Part shown: positions 27,212 to 35,788 of the stretch, piece by piece | Layout: every line of letters starts with the position of its first letter | How positions within the stretch are numbered: the stretch's first letter is position 1 | Assembly (NCBI GenBank): GCA_035513995.1 | Contig: DATKBL010000135.1 | Location: 1 to 44,941 of the forward strand | From: Actinomycetota bacterium | GTDB lineage: Bacteria > Actinomycetota > UBA4738 > CALAEC01 | DNA: 44,941 nucleotides | Direction: 5' to 3' | Notes under the pieces: generated by a model | What the model was told of the DNA's origin: nothing | Databases searched by the model: none | Seen by the model: only the letters and a program-made list of their open reading frames with translations | Position numbers and translations under genes: made by a program

Positions 27212-28472
27212 CCCAGAGCTCCTCGTCGACGGTCACCCGGCCCGCCTGCGCCGAGCGCACGCACTCCTCGAGGCTCCCGAAGACGGCCTCGACGCCGAGG
27301 TTGCCGGGTGCGTAGTACGCCCACTTCCCCGAGTTGGTCATGACGACTCCGTCGGGACGCATGATCGGCGTCACGTAGGTGCAGGTGTCGGTGACGATGC
27401 GGACACCGGCGGCCTCCAGGGCCCCCACCCAGCCGCGGGACTCGATCTCGGGCAGGACGTCGCGGGCGGTCGAGACGTAGCACTCGACGTCGGCGTGGAC
27501 GCGGGCCCCATCGAGGAGGTCGACCAGCCTCCCGAACTCGGAGACGGAGAAGTGGGGGGTGCCCAGGCTGACCCCGGTGAGGCGATCGCCGGCCGTGGTG
27601 GTCAGCTCCTCTCGCGCCGCGCGGAGCCGCTCGGGGCCGATCGCCTCCTCGCGGAGCGGCGCCCGGCCGCCGAGCGCCTCCTCGAGGGTGGGCGCCTCCG
27701 GGGTGAGACCCACCGCGTGGAACAGCGCCACGGAGCCCGACGAGGCCGCCGCGGCGCCGAGCCCCTTCAGATCGTCCTCGGAGGCTCGCTCGGGTAGGCC
27801 GATGAGCACCGGCACGCGGGAGCCGGCGGCCGCGCCCACCACGTGCCCGACGAGCGGATACAGCACGGGGTCCTGGCGAAGCCTGGCGCCGATGCCCTCG
27901 AGGCGGAAGACCACCTCGCCCCGGCGGCGCTCGTCGAGGTGGAGCCCCGCGTTCGGCACGCGGCCGGTGATCGCCGCGCAGATGTCGAGGAAGTCGCCGT
28001 AGCGGTCGGTGCGCGCCCCGAGGACCGAGTTCGCGAAGACGATGGCGTTCGACTCGGCCCACGCCACGTGCTCGCCGAGGGCCGGCCGCGAGCCGGGGAG
28101 CTGGTACGGGGCGCAGGTCCACGTCGGACGGCACCCCAGGGCGACATAGGCGTCCATCAGCGCGCGAGCTTGGCGGCCGGTCTCGGGGTCGCCCCGGAAG
28201 CGGTCCGGGTGGAGGAGGTCCAGGGAGCCCACGTTCAGCGTCGTGGGGATCGTGACCCGCCCGCCCCCGTCCACGAGGCGACGGGCGAAGTCGAGCCCCG
28301 CCCTCCCGTGGTAGAGGCAGCCGTCGATGTGGGCCCTCGTCACGTCCCGGAGGCGCTCGGCGCCCTGGGCCCGCGCCATCCGCACCAGGACCCGCATCGC
28401 GAGGCGGCCGGCCTCGCCTGCGGCTCCGTCGAGGAGCGCGCGGTCGCGGTCGTCGAGGGCGACGAGGTCCAC
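27204..28472 (-). CDS. aconitase X catalytic subunit (DUF521)
   Basis: The GTG at 28472 gives VDLVALDDRDRALLDGAAGEAGRLAMRVLV..., the usual DUF521 N-terminal pattern. Also has RAHIDGC, WTCAPYQ and AWAESNAIVFANSVLGARTDRYG. The track ORF extends further upstream with Arg/Pro-rich non-coding-like sequence. Confidence 0.85.
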   Translation of the reverse strand: MDLVALDDRDRALLDGAAGEAGRLAMRVLVRMARAQGAERLRDVTRAHIDGCLYHGRAGLDFARRLVDGGGRVTIPTTLNVGSLDLLHPDRFRGDPETGRQARALMDAYVALGCRPTWTCAPYQLPGSRPALGEHVAWAESNAIVFANSVLGARTDRYGDFLDICAAITGRVPNAGLHLDERRRGEVVFRLEGIGARLRQDPVLYPLVGHVVGAAAGSRVPVLIGLPERASEDDLKGLGAAAASSGSVALFHAVGLTPEAPTLEEALGGRAPLREEAIGPERLRAAREELTTTAGDRLTGVSLGTPHFSVSEFGRLVDLLDGARVHADVECYVSTARDVLPEIESRGWVGALEAAGVRIVTDTCTYVTPIMRPDGVVMTNSGKWAYYAPGNLGVEAVFGSLEECVRSAQAGRVTVDEELWDG

Positions 28473-28473
28473 C

Positions 28474-29451
28474 TCAGGAGAGCTCGCGGCCGAGGCCGGC
28501 CGCCGTCGCCCCCTGCAGCGCCAGCGACGCCACGGCCGCGTCCTGGACGCCCACGCCCGTGAGGTCGGCCACGGTGATCTGCTCGTCGTCGGTGCGGCCG
28601 GGGTGGGCACCCGTCACGAGGTCTCCGAGCTGCGCGTCGACGTCGTCGCGTGTCACGACCCCCGCCTCGAGCGCGTGATGCAGCTCGCCCTTCTCCGCGG
28701 CCTGCTCCAGGTCGTCCACGACCAGAACGTCGGCCCGGCGGAGCACCTCGACGTCCAGCTCCTGCTTGGCGGGACCGTCCGAGCCGAGCGCGGTCACGTG
28801 CGCCCCCGGGGCCAGCCACGCCGCGCGGACGAGCGGCTCGCGCGCCGGGGTCGCTGTGACGACCAGGTCGGCCTCGCGCACCGCCGACTCGACGTCGTCG
28901 GCGACCGCCACGTCGGCGCCGAGCTCCTCGCGCATCTCGGCGGCGAACCGCTCCGCGTTCGCCCGATCGCGGCTCCAGGCCTCGACCCGGGGGAGCGTTC
29001 GCACGTCGGCGAGAGCCCGCAGCTGGAAGCGGGCCTCGAGGCCGGCACCGATCATCGCGACCTTCGAGAGCCGCTCGCGCGCCAGGTGACGCGCCGCAAG
29101 CGCCCCGGCGGCGCCCGTGCGCAGGTCGGTCAGGTAGCCGTTGTCGAGCAGGAGGGCCGCCGGCGCGCCCGTCTCGGCGCTGAAGACCAGGACGAGCCCC
29201 GTCCCCACCGGAAGGCCCTTCGCGGGGTTGTCGTACCAGCCGCCGGCCACCTTGATCGCGAAGTGCGGCGCCTCGCGCATGTGCGCGCCCTTCACGTGCA
29301 CGTCTCCGTTGAACTCCGTGATGTCGAGGTAGATCACCCCCGGGAGGCGAGCCTCGCCCCGAGAGAGGGCCGCGAACGCCTCGGCCACGGCCTCCAGGGC
29401 GTCCTTGGTCGAGACCGACCCTCGGATCTCCTCCTCGGACAGCAGCAGCAC
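28474..29451 (-). CDS. ornithine cyclodeaminase / mu-crystallin family protein (copy 2; candidate pyrroline-2-carboxylate reductase type)
   Basis: 325 aa. Contains IKVAGGWYDNP, LTDLRTGAAGA and the Rossmann motif MIGAGLEA. Its stop lies 1 nt from the AcnX large-subunit start. Confidence 0.85.
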   Translation of the reverse strand: MLLLSEEEIRGSVSTKDALEAVAEAFAALSRGEARLPGVIYLDITEFNGDVHVKGAHMREAPHFAIKVAGGWYDNPAKGLPVGTGLVLVFSAETGAPAALLLDNGYLTDLRTGAAGALAARHLARERLSKVAMIGAGLEARFQLRALADVRTLPRVEAWSRDRANAERFAAEMREELGADVAVADDVESAVREADLVVTATPAREPLVRAAWLAPGAHVTALGSDGPAKQELDVEVLRRADVLVVDDLEQAAEKGELHHALEAGVVTRDDVDAQLGDLVTGAHPGRTDDEQITVADLTGVGVQDAAVASLALQGATAAGLGRELS

Positions 29452-29463
29452 CCCGCCCCCCCC

Positions 29464-30618
29464 TCAGGTCAGGACGTCGTCGAGCGCCTCGAGGGCCCGC
29501 ATCACGTCGTCCTCGTCGTTGTAGAGATGGGGCGAGAAGCGCAGCGCGCCCAGGCGCGGGGCGACGTGGACGCCCCGGTCGGCGAGGGCGCCGGCCACCT
29601 CGAACACGTCGCGTCCGGGGAACCGGCCCGCGACGATCGTGCCGCGTGCCTCCGGATCCTCGGGCGTGAGCGGCTCGGCCCCCCGGGTCCGAAGGCCCTC
29701 GGCCAGCAGGTCGCAGAGGCGCCGGTCGTGCTCGTGGATCTTGTCGACCCCTACCTCCAGGAGGTAGCGGGTCGCGGCGCCGAGGGAGATCCCCGCCTCG
29801 TAGGCCACCGTGGCGTACTCCATCCGGCGTCCGCCGGCGGCCAGGGCGATGCTCGTCGCGTCGAACGCCATCGCTCCCTCCCCGGTAGTCCGCCAGCCGA
29901 CGAACGGCGGCCGGAAGCGCTCGGCGACCTCGGGCCGGAGGTAGGCGAACGCGGCACCCGGGACGCCGGTCAGCCACTTGTAGGCGCTGGCGATGACGAT
30001 GTCCTGGTCGGTCGCGCGCACGTCCAGCGGCACCGCGCCCGAGGACTGGGTGGTGTCGAGGATCAGCAGCGCGTCGTGGGCATGGGCCAGGTCGGCGAGC
30101 GCCTCGGGATCGAGGAGGTGGCCGGTCGCGTACTGGACGTGGCTGATGCAGATCGCGGCGGTGCCCGCGTCCACGTGCTCGGCGACGCGGTCGAGCGTGA
30201 GGCTCAGCGGGTCGGCCAGCGCCGGGACCAGCCGAACGTCGAGGCCGCCGTCCTCGGCGAGACGCAGCCAGGGGTAGGTGACGCTGGGAAACTCGAGGTC
30301 GATGGAGACGACGTTCTGCTCTTCCCCGGGGCGCAGCCACCACGCGACCTGGCAGAGTGCCTCGGTCGCGCTCGTCATCACCGCGATGTCTCCGGCCTCA
30401 CACCCCAACAGCGCGGCCGCGGATCCGCGCACGCCCTCGTACACGCGGTTCTCGGCCTCGTCGTCGAGGTTGATCGTCCCCAGGTGGACGACCTCGTCTT
30501 CGAACTCCCGCATCTCCTCGCGGATGGGGACGGCGGTCAGCGAGATCGAAGCGGAGTTGAGATAGGTTGCGCCCGAAGGGATGGGGAAGTCGTCCTTGGG
30601 CACCAGGGGTCCGCTCAT
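29464..30618 (-). CDS. class V (fold type I) PLP-dependent enzyme, cysteine desulfurase / epimerase-like (copy 1)
   Basis: 384 aa. YLNSASI, the SAYKW PLP-lysine context and FSPHLYNDEDDV. SD GAGAGGAGA upstream of the ATG at 30618. Confidence 0.85.
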   Translation of the reverse strand: MSGPLVPKDDFPIPSGATYLNSASISLTAVPIREEMREFEDEVVHLGTINLDDEAENRVYEGVRGSAAALLGCEAGDIAVMTSATEALCQVAWWLRPGEEQNVVSIDLEFPSVTYPWLRLAEDGGLDVRLVPALADPLSLTLDRVAEHVDAGTAAICISHVQYATGHLLDPEALADLAHAHDALLILDTTQSSGAVPLDVRATDQDIVIASAYKWLTGVPGAAFAYLRPEVAERFRPPFVGWRTTGEGAMAFDATSIALAAGGRRMEYATVAYEAGISLGAATRYLLEVGVDKIHEHDRRLCDLLAEGLRTRGAEPLTPEDPEARGTIVAGRFPGRDVFEVAGALADRGVHVAPRLGALRFSPHLYNDEDDVMRALEALDDVLT

Positions 30619-30636
30619 CGTCTCCTCTCGGAAGGG

Positions 30637-31803
30637 TCAGTCCTCGTCGGGCGTCTCCAGGATGCGCTGGAGCTCCTGGAGGGCGCGTTCCGCGTCGGAC
30701 TCGTCGTTGTACAGGTGCGGGGAGAAGCGCACGCCGCCCAGCCGCGGGCCGGCGATCACGCCGGCGGCGATCAGCCGCTCGACCAGGCGCTCGGGACGGC
30801 GGCCGCCGAACCGGGCGTTGACGATGCTCCCGCGCGCGGCCTCCCGGGGAGCGGAGATCAGCGAGCCCCCCAGCTCCTCCAGCCCCGCGGCGAGCTTGTC
30901 GGCCAGCCCGAGGTCGTGCTCGAGGATCCGGTCGATCCCCACGCCGAGGAGGTACTCGATGGCCTCGCCCAGCCCCACGCCCGAGGGGTAGGCGACCGTC
31001 GAGTACTCGAGCCTGCGAGCGCCCTGGGTGAGCGGCATCCGGGTCGCGTCGAAGTCCGGCGGGTCGACGGTGCTCCTCCACCCGATCAGGGGAGGGAGGA
31101 ACCGCTCCGCGATGCGGGGGTGCAGATAGCAGAGCGCGGCACCGAACGTGGCGCAGAGCCACTTGTAGGCGCCGCTGACGAGCACGTCAACGTCGGCGGC
31201 CCGCACGTCGATCGGGATCATGCCGGCCGACTGGGTGGCGTCGACGACGGCCAGGGCTCCGTGCGCGTGGGCGAGGTCGGCCACCGCGCGCATGTCGAGC
31301 AGATGGCCGGTCGCGTACTGGACGTGGCTGACGCAGATCGCCGCCGTTCGCTCGTCGACGAGCTCCGCGACGTCCTCGATCGAGAGGGCGACGGGGGCGT
31401 CCTGGGCGCGCACCAGCCTCACCTCGAGCCCCGTCTCCTCGGCGATCCGCATCCACGGGTACGTGACGCTCGGGAACTCGATGTCGATGGAGACGACGTT
31501 CTGCCCCTCGCCGGGGCGCAGCCACCACGCGACCTGGCCCAGGGCCTCGGTGGCGCTGGTGGTCACGGCGATATCGGCCGGCTCGGCTCCCAACAGGCGG
31601 GCGGCGCGCGCGCGCACGCCATCGTAGACGCGCGCCTCGGCCGCGTCGTCGAAGCCGATCGTGCCCCGGCCGTAGATCTCCTCCTCGAATCGCTGGACGG
31701 CCTCCCGAACGGGGAGGGGCATGAGCGCGATGGAGGCTGCGTTCAGGTAGCGCGCCTCCTCCAGGACTGGGAAGTCGCCACGCGGTGCCAACGAGGCCGA
31801 CAT
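30637..31803 (-). CDS. class V (fold type I) PLP-dependent enzyme (copy 2, tandem paralog)
   Basis: The ATG at 31803 is chosen because the resulting N-terminus (MSASLAPRGDFPV) aligns with copy 1 (MSGPLVPKDDFPI). ATG 31812 is an alternative. Contains the GAYKW lysine context. The upstream part of track ORF 30637..32391 is not coding-like. Confidence 0.85.
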   Translation of the reverse strand: MSASLAPRGDFPVLEEARYLNAASIALMPLPVREAVQRFEEEIYGRGTIGFDDAAEARVYDGVRARAARLLGAEPADIAVTTSATEALGQVAWWLRPGEGQNVVSIDIEFPSVTYPWMRIAEETGLEVRLVRAQDAPVALSIEDVAELVDERTAAICVSHVQYATGHLLDMRAVADLAHAHGALAVVDATQSAGMIPIDVRAADVDVLVSGAYKWLCATFGAALCYLHPRIAERFLPPLIGWRSTVDPPDFDATRMPLTQGARRLEYSTVAYPSGVGLGEAIEYLLGVGIDRILEHDLGLADKLAAGLEELGGSLISAPREAARGSIVNARFGGRRPERLVERLIAAGVIAGPRLGGVRFSPHLYNDESDAERALQELQRILETPDED

Positions 31804-31846
31804 GGCCCACATCCTGGCACAGGGCCGCCGCATCACGCCACGCGGC

Positions 31847-31895
31847 TTGTGGTCCGTGGCGGGCGTCCCTAGGATTCCCTGGGAAGAGGGAATCC
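31847..31895 (+). promoter_or_regulatory. candidate promoter (TTGTGG-N17-TAGGAT) overlapped by a perfect 9-bp inverted repeat, in a divergent control region
   Basis: TTGTGG lies at 31847-31852 and TAGGAT at 31870-31875. The palindrome GGATTCCCT-gggaag-AGGGAATCC spans 31872-31895, 5 nt upstream of the SD GGGAGG of the binding-protein gene. Confidence 0.45.
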
Positions 31896-31911
31896 ACGAA
31901 GGGAGGCATCC

Positions 31912-32760
31912 GTGCGCAAGCATCGGTACCTGTGGCTGGTCGGAGCGCTCACCGCGCTCGTGCTCGTGGCCGGCGCCTGCAACGGCGAGGCCGATCCAGA
32001 CCCCGATCCAGACCCCGATCCGACCGAGACCGAGGAGACGGGTCCGGCGATCGAGACCCTGGAAGCTGGGGTGCTCACGGTCGGGTCCGACATCCCGTAT
32101 CCGCCATTCGAGTATCGGGAGGGCGGCGAGGTCGTCGGGTTCGACATCGACCTGATCACCGAGGCCGCGACCCGGCTCGGGCTCGAGGTCTCGGTCATCG
32201 ACACCGACTTCGACACGATCTTCACTCAGCTCGCGGGCGGGCGGTTCGACGTGGTGGCCTCGGCCACCACGATCACCCCGGAGCGCGAGGAGGAAATCAA
32301 CTTCACGGAGGGCTACTACAACTCCCAGCAGTCGCTGACGGTGCTCGCGGACAGCGGCATCACCAGCGTGGACGAGCTGGGTGAGGAGCACTCCGTGTCG
32401 GTGCAGCGCGGCACGACCGGGGAGGCGTGGGCCGAGGAAAACCTGGCCCCGCAGGGCGTCACGCTCCGGACCTTCCAGCAGACACCGGACCTATACGCGG
32501 CGGTCGAGGGTGGGGCGGTCGACGGCACGATCAACGACGAGCCGTCGGCGATCGTCGAGGTGGCGGCACGCGAGGGGCTGGAGATCGTGCAGACGATCGA
32601 CACGGGCGAGGTGTACGGCTTCGCCGTCAACCCGGCGAACGAGCCGCTCCTCGACGAGCTGAATCGGGTGCTGGCCGAGATGATCGAGGACGGCGCGTAC
32701 GAACAGATCTACGCGCAGTACCCGGATCTGCCGCCCGGCGGGAACGTGGCGGCAGGCTAG
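31912..32760 (+). CDS. polar amino acid ABC transporter substrate-binding lipoprotein (family 3)
   Basis: GTG start with GGGAGG 5 nt upstream. Lipobox LVAGAC, a DPDPDPDP linker, and the SBP_bac_3 pattern (PYPPFEY, GFDIDL, FDVVASATTITPER). Confidence 0.9.
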   Translation: MRKHRYLWLVGALTALVLVAGACNGEADPDPDPDPDPTETEETGPAIETLEAGVLTVGSDIPYPPFEYREGGEVVGFDIDLITEAATRLGLEVSVIDTDFDTIFTQLAGGRFDVVASATTITPEREEEINFTEGYYNSQQSLTVLADSGITSVDELGEEHSVSVQRGTTGEAWAEENLAPQGVTLRTFQQTPDLYAAVEGGAVDGTINDEPSAIVEVAAREGLEIVQTIDTGEVYGFAVNPANEPLLDELNRVLAEMIEDGAYEQIYAQYPDLPPGGNVAAG

Positions 32761-32784
32761 GAGCGGAGGAAACGAGGGAGCGAG

Positions 32785-32822
32785 CGAGGGTGGGCCCGCC
32801 GGGATCGGCGGGCCCACCCTCG
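32785..32822 (+). terminator. perfect 16-bp GC-rich hairpin after the substrate-binding-protein gene
   Basis: CGAGGGTGGGCCCGCC-gggatc-GGCGGGCCCACCCTCG followed by TCGTTCC. Same layout as the hairpin at 17668-17702. Confidence 0.5.
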
Positions 32823-32842
32823 TCGTTCCAGGGGGGTCCCGG

Positions 32843-33907
32843 ATGAAGTCGCGGGGCGAGCGGTTCCGAGAGTGGCTGGCGGGGCAGACGACGCTCTCGC
32901 TCGTCGGGCTCCTGGTGGGGTCGGCGGCGCTGGTTCTGGTCTTCGCGGGCACGCTCATCGTCATCACGATCCGGGGATGGAGACCCGACGAGTCCATCCT
33001 CATGGCGATCGGCAGCGGTGAGGAGACGGCGGTCCTCTTCGGATCCATCGCCCTCGGGGCCGCGGCGGCCGTGGTCGGGTACTCGATCTATCGCCGGATG
33101 CCCACGAAGCCCTCCCGGAAGGCGGCCATCTCAGGCGCCGCCCTCGGCGTCCAGGCGGTCGTGGCGGCGGGCCTCCTGCTCCTCGTTCGGTCGGGGGAGA
33201 ACTTCGCCTTCCTCGTCCGCCAGAACCTCCGCTTCGAGGTCCTGGACGGGTTCTTCGGACAGTTCGTCACGGCGATCAAGAACACCGTGCTCCTGGCGTT
33301 CTTCGGCGAGCTGGGGGGGATCGTGATCGGGCTGATCCTGGCCATGATGGCGCTCTCCGCCCACGCGGTGGTCCGGGCCCCCGCCCGGGCGTACATCAAC
33401 TTCTTCCGCGGTACCCCTCTCCTGTGGCAGCTCTCCTTCTTCTACCTGACGCTGCTGGGACTGGGGCTCGGCCAGGTGGTCAGCGTCTACCAGGTGGCCG
33501 TGTTCATCTTCGCGCTCAACGCCGGGGCGTACGTCGCGGAGGTCTTCCGGGCGGGCATCCAGTCGATCGAGCGGGGGCAGATGGAGGCGGCGAGGTCGCT
33601 GGGGATGACCTACTTCCAGGCCATGCGCTACGCGATCCTCCCGCAGGCCATCCGGCGGGTGATCCCGCCCCTGACCAACGAGTTCATCATCCTGATCAAG
33701 GACACCTCCCTCGTCTCCGTGCTGGGGCTGACGCTCAACCAGCGCGAGCTGCTGAGCTGGGCCAGGGACCTCTACCAGGAGGCGTTCAACGCGACGCCGT
33801 GGCTCGCCGCGGCGGCCGGGTACCTCGTGGTGACCCTGCCGATGATCCGGGTCGTGAACTGGCTGGAGCGGAAGCTCCGCAGCGGCCTCGTGGGGGTGGG
33901 TGCGTGA
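32843..33907 (+). CDS. polar amino acid ABC transporter permease (His/Glu/Gln/Arg/opine family) with an N-terminal TM extension of about 130 aa
   Basis: The conserved core is [18 protein letters not shown]...[11 protein letters not shown]...[22 protein letters not shown]. Multi-TM. Confidence 0.9.
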   Translation: MKSRGERFREWLAGQTTLSLVGLLVGSAALVLVFAGTLIVITIRGWRPDESILMAIGSGEETAVLFGSIALGAAAAVVGYSIYRRMPTKPSRKAAISGAALGVQAVVAAGLLLLVRSGENFAFLVRQNLRFEVLDGFFGQFVTAIKNTVLLAFFGELGGIVIGLILAMMALSAHAVVRAPARAYINFFRGTPLLWQLSFFYLTLLGLGLGQVVSVYQVAVFIFALNAGAYVAEVFRAGIQSIERGQMEAARSLGMTYFQAMRYAILPQAIRRVIPPLTNEFIILIKDTSLVSVLGLTLNQRELLSWARDLYQEAFNATPWLAAAAGYLVVTLPMIRVVNWLERKLRSGLVGVGA

Positions 33908-34644
33908 ACCCCGACGGCACGCTGGTGAGGCTGGAGGGCGTCAACAAGTGGTTCGGCGAGAACCACGTCCTGCGGGACGTCGACCTGGCGGTGAACCCCC
34001 AGGACGTCCTGGTCCTGATCGGCCCGTCGGGATCGGGGAAGTCCACCCTCCTGCGGACGATCAACCTGCTCGAGGAGCCGCAGGAGGGAAGCGTGACGTT
34101 CGAGGGGCAGGACATCACCGACGTGCGTGTCGACCTCGACGACGTCCGCGCCGACATCGGGATCGTTTTCCAGGCGTTCAACCTGTTCCCGCACATGACG
34201 GCCCTCCGCAACGTGACGATCGCCTTGAGGAAGGTCCTCAGGCTGGGCGACTCGGAGGCGGAGGAGCGCGCTCGAGAGCAGCTCGACCACGTGGGGCTGG
34301 ACGAGAAGGCCGACTCCTACCCCTCGCAGCTGTCGGGAGGCCAGCAGCAGCGGGTGGCGATCGCGCGAGCCCTGGCGATGAGGCCGAAGCTGATGCTGTT
34401 CGATGAGGTGACCTCGGCGCTCGACCCCGAGCTGGTCCAGGAGGTCCTCGATGTGATGCAGGGGCTCGCCTCCGAGGGCATGACGATGGTGGTCGTGACC
34501 CACGAGATGGGGTTCGCTCGCGAGGTGGGCAACCGGATGATCTTCATGGACGAGGGGCGGATCCTCGAGGAGGGGAAGCCGCGGGAGATGTTCGCGGAGC
34601 CCCAGCACGAGCGGACCCAGCTGTTCCTTTCCCGGATCCTCTGA
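33904..34644 (+). CDS. polar amino acid ABC transporter ATP-binding protein (GlnQ-like)
   Basis: GTG at 33904 (GTGA overlap). Walker [10 protein letters not shown], signature [15 protein letters not shown], Walker [13 protein letters not shown]. Confidence 0.93.
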   Translation: MNPDGTLVRLEGVNKWFGENHVLRDVDLAVNPQDVLVLIGPSGSGKSTLLRTINLLEEPQEGSVTFEGQDITDVRVDLDDVRADIGIVFQAFNLFPHMTALRNVTIALRKVLRLGDSEAEERAREQLDHVGLDEKADSYPSQLSGGQQQRVAIARALAMRPKLMLFDEVTSALDPELVQEVLDVMQGLASEGMTMVVVTHEMGFAREVGNRMIFMDEGRILEEGKPREMFAEPQHERTQLFLSRIL

Positions 34645-35071
34645 CCCGACCCCGAAAGATCGACGGGCTCGAGGTGCCTTTGGAACCGCTCACGCCTTCC
34701 CCATACGCGAGCGTTGTCTACTCGGCACCTCGAGCCCGCCAAAATGAAGGTCCCGAGCAACCCTTGGCACTTCCCGGCCGGGGCCGGGCGACTCGGTGCG
34801 CGTCCGGGGGATCGGTCTGGGTGGCCGTCCGGGCCGGGGCCCGTCCGACTGCCTGTTCCGCTTCTCCGATGCTCTCCGAGGCGGTCGTCCCTCCGGCCGC
34901 TCGGGACCGACGCGAAAGGTAACAGGGGCGCCACGGCCGAGTCAAGGATTCGATATGGCCTGTCCGGGAACCCATCTCGCGCATCCCCCCAGGTAGCGGC
35001 CGGGTCGCCTCCCGGAAAGAAATTCGCACCGCGGAGCGATCCGAGTGACAAAAGCCTTGGAGCTCGGACCC
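34645..35071. other. 427-bp non-coding, lower-GC, hairpin-rich region (candidate structured RNA; strand and ends unknown)
   Basis: No frame has coding-like composition, and the track ORFs here are Arg/Pro/Gly junk. There are several local helices (34773-34788, 34876-34904, 35040-35068), a possible long-range pair GGGGGAT (34806-34812) with ATCCCCC (34983-34989), and a thrice-repeated GTCCGGG. Confidence 0.3.
34664..34738. terminator. long hairpin (15-bp stem, 45-nt structured loop) between convergent transcription units
   Basis: CGGGCTCGAGGTGCC (34664-34678) pairs perfectly with GGCACCTCGAGCCCG (34724-34738). On the minus strand it is followed by GAUCUUUCGGGG. There is no U-tract on the plus strand. 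Confidence 0.45.
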
Positions 35072-35788
35072 TCAGCCGACGCGCTCCACGATGGCGAACG
35101 CGACCGGGGCGAGGAGCAGCGCCGGCAGGAGGTTGCCGACACGGATCTCTCGCAGCTCCAGCAGCCGCAGGCCGATCCCGGCGATGACGACGCCTCCGGC
35201 GGCCGTCATCGACTCGATCACCACGTCGGTGAAGACGTCGGCGGCGATCGAGGCGGTGAGCGAGAGCGCCCCCTGGTACACGAGGACCGTGATCGCCGAG
35301 AACCCGACGCCCCAGCCCAACGCCGACGCGAACGCGACGGCGGCGAACCCGTCCAGCGTGGCCTTGATGGCCAGCAGCTGGAAGTCGCCGGTCGCGCCGT
35401 CCTGGATCGCCCCCAGGATCGTCAGCGGCCCGACGCAGAAGACGAGGGAGGCGATCACGAAGCCCTCGGTGAACCTGGCCTGGCCCCCGCCGAAGCGTGC
35501 CTTCAGGCGGTCCCCCAAGCGGTTCAAGCCTCCCTCGATGTGCAGCAACTCCCCCAGGATCCCCCCGACGAGGACGGAGCCCATGACCAGGATCACGCTG
35601 GCCCGGGTCACCTCGGTCAGCGGTGGGCGGAACGCGTGCAGCCCGGCGTCCACCCCCACGAGCAGTGTGACGAGCCCCAGCGAGTGGAGCACCGTCTCGC
35701 GGATCCGGTCGGGGAGTCGATCTCCGAACAGGGTCCCGGCCAGGGTCCCCGCGAGGACCGTGGCCACGTTGATCAGGGTCCCGATCAT
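35072..35788 (-). CDS. DUF554 family integral membrane protein
   Basis: The ATG at 35788 gives MIGTLINVATVLAGTLAGTLFG, the typical DUF554 N-terminus. Multi-TM. The start overlaps the upstream stop (ATGA). Confidence 0.8.
   Translation of the reverse strand: MIGTLINVATVLAGTLAGTLFGDRLPDRIRETVLHSLGLVTLLVGVDAGLHAFRPPLTEVTRASVILVMGSVLVGGILGELLHIEGGLNRLGDRLKARFGGGQARFTEGFVIASLVFCVGPLTILGAIQDGATGDFQLLAIKATLDGFAAVAFASALGWGVGFSAITVLVYQGALSLTASIAADVFTDVVIESMTAAGGVVIAGIGLRLLELREIRVGNLLPALLLAPVAFAIVERVG

Larger units (their letters stand above)
29464..31803 (-). repeat. tandem gene duplication (period 1185 bp) of the class V PLP enzyme genes
   Basis: Identical nucleotide runs sit at the same offset, for example gtcgatggagacgacgttctgc at 30298 and 31483, followed in both by ccggggcgcagccaccacgcgacctggc. 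Confidence 0.85.

Noticed and set aside
34645-35071. Tested whether the large intergenic region is RNase P RNA, tmRNA, SRP RNA or a cobalamin riboswitch.
   Set aside because: Neither strand has GAGGAAAGUCCGGGC or ACAGAANCCGGCUUA (RNase P). There is no GGUUCGAnUCC T-arm and no tag ORF ending in Ala-Ala-stop (tmRNA). There is no GGAAGCAGC-type domain IV (SRP RNA). Only loose resemblances exist, such as GGTAACAG, GAGTCAAGG and GGGAAGGCGTGAG. A riboswitch is also unlikely because no gene lies downstream on either strand.
15654-35071. Considered whether the 19-kb transport/catabolism block is a genomic island integrated at the tRNA.
   Set aside because: There is no integrase, recombinase or transposase gene. 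I found no direct repeat of the tRNA 3' end at the distal side. The GC content and codon bias of the block look like the rest of the window.
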